The notes beneath the pieces are model-generated. The model worked only from the letters and a program-made list of their open reading frames with translations, made no database searches and was not told where the DNA came from. Of a stretch of 64,000 nt of DNA, positions 56,340 through 64,000 are shown one piece after another. The DNA is taken from IMG/VR virus record IMGVR_UViG_3300028591_000200, positions 4,132-68,131 of that record; one strand, 5' to 3'. The position numbers were made by a program, and so were the translations under genes. Every line of letters begins with the position of its first letter. Position 1 is the stretch's first letter. The stretch is from a virus (taxonomy: Duplodnaviria; Caudoviricetes).

Positions 56340-56508
56340 ACGGATAATTGAAGAAACAGTATATATTGCAAGGGCATCAGAAGGTGCAATTAGCGCTGAA
56401 TGGATAATGAAACAACCCATATTTGTACGAGCTAAATATGTAAAAGAACTCGATGATGAGATGAAAGAACGGCAAAAACAATTAAACAAGGGAGCGACAA
56501 AGCAGTAA
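56191..56508 (+). CDS. Overlapping +1-frame ORF (gpT/gp51-like); probably a frameshift extension
   Basis: Opens at TTT TTT CGC; IIEE..YIA....IS..WIM..P...R..Y..L. Confidence 0.55.
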   Translation: MTAFFARPWEISGVGNQIVMPRSQINPQAQQVLVGEEWKSFHQMRQHKYERIIEETVYIARASEGAISAEWIMKQPIFVRAKYVKELDDEMKERQKQLNKGATKQ

Positions 56509-56511
56509 TAC

Positions 56512-59500
56512 ATGCCTGATCCTAATGACCAACAACAGATTACAAATCCTACTTATGATCCCTTTCAGGATCAAATAAGACCACGCAATACTGGTGATCC
56601 GGCTCTTGATGCCATATATTATTTTGCTGATACTATTAGAACTAATCCTAATTTCAGCAGAAACTTTAATGCACCAAGACAATCCCAGTCAAATGTATCT
56701 GCTCAAAGCAAGTGGACATTCGGTAATAGAAATGGATATGGTGGAGGTAGACGAAACTCATCAGGCGGTTTGCTTGATGATTTTGAAGCTGGCATTAGAG
56801 ATGGTTTATTAGATTCTCTTGCTGGTGGTAACTTCAAGGCTGGTATTCAGGGTGCGTTATCCGAGTTTACCAACAAGTTCGGATTTCAACTTAAAGATTT
56901 ACCTAATCAATACGGTAAACATCTTGGAAAATTATTATCAGAAACTAAATTAGCCAAAAATCTTGGTAATAAACTTTCGGGATTAGCTGAAAAGTTCTTA
57001 ACCAAAGCATTAGGTTCATCCGAAGCTGGTTCTATTATGAACGCCTTTAAGGGTGGCGCACAGAATCTATTAGGTGGCGGCGGTGGCGGCGGTCTATTAG
57101 GCGGTGGTGGTCCTAATGGTCCTTTAACCAATGCTAATGCTGAAAAGTTATTCGGTAAGTTTGATAAGTTCTTCTCTAATATTGGCGTTGGCGGTGGAAT
57201 TGCTATTGCCGTATTTATTGCTTGCATGAAACCTCTCCTTGAAGGAGCCACAGACTTCTTCAAGTCTTGGGGTGCCGCTGTTATGCGTGACGAGAATGAG
57301 CGTAAGAAGAAACTGGAGAACGCTCAAAAGAGATTAAAAGCCGATTTAGAGTATATTGCAAAAGAACCGTTTGAAATTCTCAAAAAGGGTGCCGAAGAAT
57401 GGTATAACACTTGGGATGCTAATCTTTCCAAGGTAGCATTAACGCAGGGTTACACCAAAGAGGGAGTGTACGAGTTATATTCTTCTATTGCGGAAAACCT
57501 CAATGCTAATGGATTAGGTAAGGTTATCCCGGCTACTGATGTTGTCAATAATCTCGGTAAGATCCTTGAAACTGGTTTAAGTGGTGCAATAGCGGAAGCG
57601 TTTGCATATGAATCTACTTGGTTATCAGCCGCAATTCCTACGCAAGATTTTACTTCTTATGCTTCTACTTATGCCCAAGTTGCAAGTGACGCTATAAATG
57701 CTGGGTTAAGTCAGGAAGAAGCTATTGCGTATGCAAATACCCAGTTAGAAGAATTTGCAAGTAACTTATTGTATTCAAGCAGAACTCTGACAGGTGGTTT
57801 CACTACTGGATTAAAAGATGCTCAATCTTTATTCCAAAATGCGGTAGAGATAGCACAAACGGCTAAAACTCATAATGTTTCTGAAATTTCGGGTGTACTG
57901 ACTTCCGTATCAGGTGTAATCGGATCGGTAGCACCGGATCTCGCACAAGGATTAGTTCAGAACATTGTTCAGGCGGCTATTGGTGGTAACGATAGTTCAA
58001 TCGTTGCTTTGCGTTCTCTTGCTGGTATTAACGCTGGCAATACAGACTTCTTACGCCAAATGGCGCAGGATCCACAAAGTGTATTTGTAAATATTTTCCG
58101 TAATCTCGGTGAAATGCAGAATATGTCACCGACTAACTACATGGAAGTTGCTGAAGGGCTTTCATCTGTATTCGGTGTAGATATGAAAGCACTGGCAAGG
58201 GTTGATTTTAACCAACTTGCCGAAAAGATCTCTACAATGCAGGTTAATACCAGTTCATTAGCCGAGAACTTGGAGATCTTGCAATCCGGTCAATCCACAT
58301 TAACCGCTGATCAGTTAAGGTATCAGGAAATCAATAATGATATTCTGAATAATGGTCTTGCCTATGTCATTGATAGCGAATACGGCAGAATGATTCAGGA
58401 ACACATGTGGGAAGAGCAGATTGCTAATCAACTCTCTGAAAATGAGTATGCGGTTAATCTGCAAGGTTCTGCATTAAGCCTTCTCGAAGGTTTACGCCAT
58501 ACAGTTGCTAACATTTTGAGTTTCTTGAATCCTATCGGTTGGGCGGCAGATAAGGTTGCTCAAATATGGGTTGTAGAGAACGAGAGAAAAGAAAATACTC
58601 GTCAGATTGCAGACATTCTTGAAAGAGGTGCGGTTGGCAGTAATGCTTCTTCATTTGCGAACCTTACTAATGTCTCCGGTGCAGACTTGCAACTTACAAG
58701 ATCATTAGTAGAGCTGATGGGCGGTAAGGATCTTAAATCTGCTTATCGAGAAGCCGCACGAATGGCTACTGATATTGCCAGCGGTATTGGTAATCCATTA
58801 CTTGCTTTCGCCGCTGGTGTTATCAATGAACAAACTGGTGGTATTGGTAATAGTAGAGTAGGTAATGTCCTGTTAGGTCCGTCATCTTGGAATAGAGGCG
58901 TTAATGATGTAGGTGGCATGGCTGGTATGTTTGGCGATTGGCTTGGCACACCCACCATGACATCAACTGGTAGCATAGCCAGCCGAGTTTCTAAATACTC
59001 CGGCTTCAATGTGGGCAAGAGCGTAGTATCTTCCGCTGGCGTTTACAGTGGCACTACTGGTAGTCCCCTTACGGCAAGTGAGGTGGCGGCTTCATTTGCT
59101 ACCGATAAGACTATCCTTCAAGATTTCATCAATAGTGCGGCAACTGCCGCCGAAACTATGACTTATGCAGAGTATTTAAAGACTGCAAAGGATCATGGTA
59201 TTGAGGATATTCAAACCGCATTAGACGATTATGGTATAACCCCTGAAACATTAGAGGGTTACTTTGAAGAATACCGTAGTGGTATTAGCGGAACCAAAGA
59301 AGAAGAACGCAAGCAGAATATTCAGGATTTTATCGAAGAAAATCGTGCTTTTTGGGATTATACTTCGGGATCCAGTGGAATATTCCAAACCGCTATGTGG
59401 TTGCCGTTCTTTGGTGATGGTAGAAAATATGATACTCGCATGGATTCCGTTGATACCGCATTGGCAAATATCCAATCCCAGTTAGGTAATCAGGATAGGC

Positions 59501-59949
59501 ATACTGTAATAAGCGGTATTGAAGAATTGAGCCGTAAACTTGGTGATGATTCATCTCATACTGTTATTAGTGCATTAGAAACTATGCACGAAACATTCAC
59601 AGATACTTTTGTTGATACTTCAAGTGTATTCCAGCGTTGTTTAGCTGACTGGATCAGATACATAGCAGAATCAAAAGAGTACACAAGCACAATAGATAAA
59701 TCACAGGCTTGGAATGATTTTAAGTATGCAGAGCAGGATCAGCGAACCGAAGCTACTCTTGCATTGGCTAACGCACTCCAAGTATTTAGCGCCGAGGAAC
59801 TTCAAAAGATGGATCCTCAATTACAAGCCAATGCGTTGCTTGGCGAAATCGTAATCATATTACAGGCTATCATGCAACAAACCAATACTCCGGGCGGCTT
59901 GAACTTGATAGATGCCATCAGTGCCATGAGCGTAGGAATGACTAAATAA
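56512..59949 (+). CDS. Tape measure protein
   Basis: 1145 aa, Ala/Gly/Leu-rich helical, follows chaperone, precedes baseplate genes. Confidence 0.75.
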   Translation: MPDPNDQQQITNPTYDPFQDQIRPRNTGDPALDAIYYFADTIRTNPNFSRNFNAPRQSQSNVSAQSKWTFGNRNGYGGGRRNSSGGLLDDFEAGIRDGLLDSLAGGNFKAGIQGALSEFTNKFGFQLKDLPNQYGKHLGKLLSETKLAKNLGNKLSGLAEKFLTKALGSSEAGSIMNAFKGGAQNLLGGGGGGGLLGGGGPNGPLTNANAEKLFGKFDKFFSNIGVGGGIAIAVFIACMKPLLEGATDFFKSWGAAVMRDENERKKKLENAQKRLKADLEYIAKEPFEILKKGAEEWYNTWDANLSKVALTQGYTKEGVYELYSSIAENLNANGLGKVIPATDVVNNLGKILETGLSGAIAEAFAYESTWLSAAIPTQDFTSYASTYAQVASDAINAGLSQEEAIAYANTQLEEFASNLLYSSRTLTGGFTTGLKDAQSLFQNAVEIAQTAKTHNVSEISGVLTSVSGVIGSVAPDLAQGLVQNIVQAAIGGNDSSIVALRSLAGINAGNTDFLRQMAQDPQSVFVNIFRNLGEMQNMSPTNYMEVAEGLSSVFGVDMKALARVDFNQLAEKISTMQVNTSSLAENLEILQSGQSTLTADQLRYQEINNDILNNGLAYVIDSEYGRMIQEHMWEEQIANQLSENEYAVNLQGSALSLLEGLRHTVANILSFLNPIGWAADKVAQIWVVENERKENTRQIADILERGAVGSNASSFANLTNVSGADLQLTRSLVELMGGKDLKSAYREAARMATDIASGIGNPLLAFAAGVINEQTGGIGNSRVGNVLLGPSSWNRGVNDVGGMAGMFGDWLGTPTMTSTGSIASRVSKYSGFNVGKSVVSSAGVYSGTTGSPLTASEVAASFATDKTILQDFINSAATAAETMTYAEYLKTAKDHGIEDIQTALDDYGITPETLEGYFEEYRSGISGTKEEERKQNIQDFIEENRAFWDYTSGSSGIFQTAMWLPFFGDGRKYDTRMDSVDTALANIQSQLGNQDRHTVISGIEELSRKLGDDSSHTVISALETMHETFTDTFVDTSSVFQRCLADWIRYIAESKEYTSTIDKSQAWNDFKYAEQDQRTEATLALANALQVFSAEELQKMDPQLQANALLGEIVIILQAIMQQTNTPGGLNLIDAISAMSVGMTK

Positions 59950-59983
59950 CACCTTTTATTTATATAAATGGAGGAATAACTAA

Positions 59984-62869
59984 ATGCCACATTTTATTAC
60001 ATTTTCAGTTGCATCCACTAATATCTTCCCCTTGGTAAATTCTAAACAAGGTGGTCAGTATGCTACTGAATACAATCTTAAAGCAAGGGAAATGGTAGCT
60101 ACTAACCCTAATGTTAAGTACGCTATCGGTCCTTCATTTATTCATAGTCTTGACGATTTTAAGGTAAAGCCGCTGGAAGATACGGATATTCCTTTATACT
60201 CCACGACTTCAAGATACGCAAAAGGTGATTATTGCAGATATAACGGCAACGCTTATATCTGTATTGCCAATATCACTACTCCTGAAGAATTTAATCCCGA
60301 TCACTGGAAACAGACAACCCTTACGGCGTTACACTCTGTAATACAGATTGATCCCGGTAGAGCTGTAATAAACGGACACTTTGTTGAATCATTAGCTCCC
60401 ATGATGATTGACTTGAACGCTACTAATGCCGAGTTGATCCAGCAAGCAAAAGAGCCGTTATACGGTAATCTGTCTATTGGTATTAAATCGTACTTCAGTA
60501 CCAATACTACTATGGCAGGATCTATGCTCGTAGAAAATTCTGACGGTATGTATATCGGTGTCCAACTGGTAATTGAAAAATCCGCTAAATTCAAGACACC
60601 CGATATGGTTCCTGCATTAGAACAAGCAGGTACGGCTACGGCTGATGTTAAGCTGGCTGACTTTACCTATGTTAATGGTGTCGTAACTCCTGAAAGTATC
60701 AAGATGAATCCCGAAGCAACGAGATATATCCCTTCGGATAGAATTACCGATTTCGACAATATTCTTTCCAGTAAATATGTTACTTCGGCAAATCTCGTAA
60801 ATGGCTGGTTCTATACATTTTCAGGAACATCAAAAGACTGGTGCAATTCTACTGACAGCCTTATGGTTTGGGATGTTGATTCTATTCATCATACAACTAC
60901 AACTAAACCCTATGGTAATCAAGCCGAGTTCGCTACTGATAATGATGGTAATGTTCATCTTATTGTTCCTCATAAGCAACAAGACGGATTCGTTAATGAT
61001 AACGGTGATAGGCTCTATTATGCTAATAGAGATATTCGTTTCCCTACGGCTAATTTTGATGAGGGTAGTTCAGGTATAGTAACTGCTGAATATACTAATA
61101 AGATTAAAGATGTTGAAAGAATAATTAAGACATACAAAGAGTTTACTAATGGTAAACAGATCATTTATTGGGATAGATTAACAGTAACTTCCGAAGGTGA
61201 TAGCCTTAAATACACTCCTGAATTTCCTGTTGATATATCTCAATTCAATATCGGAGATTACATTTTAGTCCGTGAGGATTATACGATTTCAAATGTAGAG
61301 GGATTAAGCTCTGCTCCTTCTACTATGTATTTTATTGTTCCCGGAAGAATCTCTGATCTGTACTCCAAAGATATGAAAACCACTAAACCATCAGGGTGTC
61401 ATCTTGGAATAACACAAGTGTGGTTTGAGGGTGAGAGGGGTGTACCTGTAATTGATCCTGCTAATCCCGAAAATAATAATCCTAATGATGAAGAACTTCG
61501 TTCTATGTTTAAGTACACCAACTACTATGGAACCGAGGGTGATTATTTTGAGATTGAGTGGCATTACAGTGACGAATTAACAAACCCTGAACATGCTGAA
61601 CCTTTACACTTCTATTATCCAGTAACGATTACCAGCCTTAAAACTTGGTCAGATCCTATACTGATTACTGGTGGAATACCTTTGGCAACGGATTCGCAGA
61701 TTGGCGGTTTCTATAATGTAACGAGTAGTTCAGACTATACTGACGGTGGATATGTCTACCTTGATAACACCGGACATCTTCGCCTTATGGATTACTCATT
61801 ACTTCGTTCAGGTGCTTTGGCATACCAGTTAGGTGAAACCGTTACTGTTCCTACTAATTCTACACTGGCGTACATTCAAGAGTATCTGAATGAGTATGTA
61901 AATGAGAGAGTAGCATTTAAGTCAAATGCTGTCTTAACATCAACCCCCACAATGATTGATATTTACATCACGCTCCCGAAAGACGGTGGTGGTACATTAA
62001 ATCTGTTCAAGATTGATTCAAGATTTAATACTGGTGTCTATCTGCACTTCTTGTCTGATGATACCACAGCGAATTTCAGTGATATTATTATCAACATTTC
62101 AGATTGTCAGAAGGTTAGGATTGATGATTCCGTTACCACTTGGGTAAACGGTCCTATGATTAACATATTCAGATCTGAATTATATTACAGTGCGAGTGTT
62201 ATCAACTACATTAGAACTTGTGATATAAATAGCCAGCGTGAAGTTATGTTTTCCTCTTATACTGATTTTACTGGATTTGATAATTTATCACTTTGGTATT
62301 CAAGATTTAAGGTCACGGATCCTGAACTGGTAGTAAATGGCATGGAAATATTACAGCCTGATGTATCTATCACAATACAGAATATTGATTTTTGGAGTGA
62401 AGATGTAGCAAACGATAACCATTACTCGGTTGCTTTGCGTAGCATTACAATGAGTGGTAGCGGTTCAATTACTGGTTGTAGCCTGTATGTATCTAATAAC
62501 TCAACACAGACTGTCAATACTACCCAGCATATTATTATTGGTGGCGATTTCGAATTACCTCAAAGTAATAATCTTAATTACCCTGCCGCTTGTATTGACC
62601 ACCCCCTTAAAGTTACTGGTACATTTACTACGGCATATTTGGATAACACCCAAGCTCACTGGATTACTACTGAAACAACATTTACAGCCGAAACGGGAAC
62701 ATATGTTCCTGCTACTGGAATGGGTAATGGTGAGATAGTGTTCAATTCTAAAACAGATTTACTTGATACACGATATACTAATGTTAGCGTAATAGATGCT
62801 TGGTATCCGGGTTCATACCATATCTTCTATGGAGGAACGACTTGGAATGTTGATACACGACATAATTAA
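59984..62869 (+). CDS. Baseplate/tail-associated structural protein with CBM5/12-like insert
   Basis: 961 aa beta-rich; SD GGAGG; Y..GD.C.Y.G..Y.C...F.P..W. Confidence 0.55.
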   Translation: MPHFITFSVASTNIFPLVNSKQGGQYATEYNLKAREMVATNPNVKYAIGPSFIHSLDDFKVKPLEDTDIPLYSTTSRYAKGDYCRYNGNAYICIANITTPEEFNPDHWKQTTLTALHSVIQIDPGRAVINGHFVESLAPMMIDLNATNAELIQQAKEPLYGNLSIGIKSYFSTNTTMAGSMLVENSDGMYIGVQLVIEKSAKFKTPDMVPALEQAGTATADVKLADFTYVNGVVTPESIKMNPEATRYIPSDRITDFDNILSSKYVTSANLVNGWFYTFSGTSKDWCNSTDSLMVWDVDSIHHTTTTKPYGNQAEFATDNDGNVHLIVPHKQQDGFVNDNGDRLYYANRDIRFPTANFDEGSSGIVTAEYTNKIKDVERIIKTYKEFTNGKQIIYWDRLTVTSEGDSLKYTPEFPVDISQFNIGDYILVREDYTISNVEGLSSAPSTMYFIVPGRISDLYSKDMKTTKPSGCHLGITQVWFEGERGVPVIDPANPENNNPNDEELRSMFKYTNYYGTEGDYFEIEWHYSDELTNPEHAEPLHFYYPVTITSLKTWSDPILITGGIPLATDSQIGGFYNVTSSSDYTDGGYVYLDNTGHLRLMDYSLLRSGALAYQLGETVTVPTNSTLAYIQEYLNEYVNERVAFKSNAVLTSTPTMIDIYITLPKDGGGTLNLFKIDSRFNTGVYLHFLSDDTTANFSDIIINISDCQKVRIDDSVTTWVNGPMINIFRSELYYSASVINYIRTCDINSQREVMFSSYTDFTGFDNLSLWYSRFKVTDPELVVNGMEILQPDVSITIQNIDFWSEDVANDNHYSVALRSITMSGSGSITGCSLYVSNNSTQTVNTTQHIIIGGDFELPQSNNLNYPAACIDHPLKVTGTFTTAYLDNTQAHWITTETTFTAETGTYVPATGMGNGEIVFNSKTDLLDTRYTNVSVIDAWYPGSYHIFYGGTTWNVDTRHN

Positions 62870-62870
62870 A

Positions 62871-63422
62871 ATGAAATATGTCAATCTTGGTTATATCAAG
62901 AAGAACTATCCTTATCATTTAATCTCCGATGAGGAAATGTTTAATGCGTTCATTGATTTAGGAAATGCCGAATTTAATGAGCGTACCACTATGATTGATC
63001 CTAATGTCAGGCTTTTTAACGACTACTATCCAAACCCTTTTGCTGAAGATGACTACATCTATGAGAAGAAGAACTCTAACGGTGAGGTTGTAGAACGAAT
63101 AAGTCTTTCCGAAGTCTATTCTACCTTAAAATCGTATATCATCTCCTGCATACAGAATTATCTTGCTGGTGCAGGGGCATTACCTAACTGGGTATATACT
63201 TATATGTTAGGCGAAGTCATATACAATAGTTCTGAATATTTGGATATTCAGGATCTATTAACGGCAATAGATAGTTTTAATATTGATAACGAATTTACAC
63301 GGGAAGCTTGTGTAAAGTGCTTTATAATAAGTTTAAGGTATGTATCTACTGGCACCGTTACAAGACCGCCTACAATTTTTGGTGAGCCACACATAATCAA
63401 GATGTTAAGGACAGGTAAATAA
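62871..63422 (+). CDS. Hypothetical tail-module protein
   Basis: ATG 62871 just after the upstream stop. Confidence 0.65.
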   Translation: MKYVNLGYIKKNYPYHLISDEEMFNAFIDLGNAEFNERTTMIDPNVRLFNDYYPNPFAEDDYIYEKKNSNGEVVERISLSEVYSTLKSYIISCIQNYLAGAGALPNWVYTYMLGEVIYNSSEYLDIQDLLTAIDSFNIDNEFTREACVKCFIISLRYVSTGTVTRPPTIFGEPHIIKMLRTGK

Positions 63423-63423
63423 T

Positions 63424-64000
63424 ATGCAATACCTTACAATGTCAAAAGATATGACTTTATCAAAACTTTCCAGCATTGTAGGAGAGCGAAATGTTGATAC
63501 TGTTCTTAATGCTAACAGCCTTGAACGCTGTGTGAATGTGGGTAAGGCATTTTCAGATCGTAACAAGCAGATTATCAGTGATTATGGTAGTGCTGGAGTG
63601 GACTATCAGACAAAACTTAATATCCTTAATCAGTTTGTAGGGGATTCCGATATTTATGAAAAGGCGGCATTGGGTACAGAAGATGATTGGGTAACATTAT
63701 CCCAGTTTAACTGTTTTACTGATGCTTTGAAAATTCCTGATGAGGTTAAATTACCCCCATTTGAAGGACTTTTAGGGAATAGCGAACCTGTTGATACCAC
63801 TGTATATGACGAGTGCGTTGATTCTCTGCTAAATTCTATAGATCATGTTATTAACCCATCAATATTTACTCAACACGAGATTTCCTACACACAGGGTAGC
63901 TACGGTATTACTAATACTGGTGTAATCTCCGAAGGGGCATGGCTGAACGATTTTGTTTTTCCGAAAGATATATTTTTATATTCTTCTTTAACTGACGAGG
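63424..64000 (+). CDS. Partial tail-module protein (runs off window)
   Basis: Manually translated open frame MQYLTMSKD... to the window end. Confidence 0.65.
   Translation, partial: MQYLTMSKDMTLSKLSSIVGERNVDTVLNANSLERCVNVGKAFSDRNKQIISDYGSAGVDYQTKLNILNQFVGDSDIYEKAALGTEDDWVTLSQFNCFTDALKIPDEVKLPPFEGLLGNSEPVDTTVYDECVDSLLNSIDHVINPSIFTQHEISYTQGSYGITNTGVISEGAWLNDFVFPKDIFLYSSLTDE

Larger units (their letters stand above)
4696..59966 (+). promoter_or_regulatory. Dispersed phage-specific (probably late) promoter motif AA[CT]C[GT]T[TA]WWT, about 20 copies
   Basis: Near 4696, 5439, 6679, 8881, 10161, 11776, 14371, 19046, 24023, 26294, 29933, 33632, 36142, 36860, 37909, 50964, 51054, 51786, 54980, 55360, 59949. 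Confidence 0.7.

Noticed and set aside
57073-57112. GGC/GGT microsatellite-like run
   Set aside because: It encodes a Gly-rich linker in the tape measure protein; no sign of phase variation.
361-60594. Most minus-strand and nested alternate-frame ORFs in the track (e.g. 9058-9423, 41122-41655, 56907-57263)
   Set aside because: They are shadows of well-supported + strand genes with no SD or promoter.
1-64000. Genome-wide stop-codon reassignment
   Set aside because: Long genes are intact in code 11, TGA is the routine stop at junctions, and only one in-frame TGA was seen.
1-64000. Diversity-generating retroelement or integron integrase
   Set aside because: No reverse transcriptase, TR/VR pair or tyrosine recombinase is visible in the window.

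Overview
A 64 kb internal segment of a large, AT-rich, contractile-tailed (myovirus-like) phage genome. Strong GGAGG/GAGGT Shine-Dalgarno sites and TTGTAT/TATAAT promoters suggest a Firmicute host (inference). Almost all genes are on the + strand in standard code 11. Core genes are scattered: intein-containing terminase large subunit, T4 gp20-like portal, tail tube, tail sheath, tail chaperone/hub, tape measure, baseplate or fibre protein, SNF2/HARP helicase, RecU-like resolvase, clamp-loader-like ATPase and tRNA-Trp(CCA). No capsid, prohead protease, integrase, RT or cas gene is visible. Two accessory compartments stand out. (1) Arrays of small mosaic genes (1-3.9 kb and 41-55 kb) are joined by two near-identical 16-bp SD/stop/start junctions, GAGGTAGATTGATATG and GAGGTAAAGAAGAATG. 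(2) About 15 unrelated proteins between 4.8 and 37.9 kb share an N-terminal leader, M-K-[RKI]-Y-[IV]-[KR]-[AS]. They lie in transcription units headed by a phage-specific AA[CT]C[GT]T[TA] motif. Their cargo domains include an ADP-ribosyltransferase, a Cys-His-Asp protease/deamidase, an HExxH peptidase, a ParB/Srx domain and acidic proteins. The best hypothesis is a capsid-targeting and maturation-cleavage tag for a co-injected effector arsenal. Also notable are a catalytically dead NAD-ligase homologue between terminase and portal, a candidate +1 frameshift at UUU_UUU_CGC before the tape measure gene, and a candidate structured ncRNA. All annotations come from motif recognition by eye; no database searches were run.
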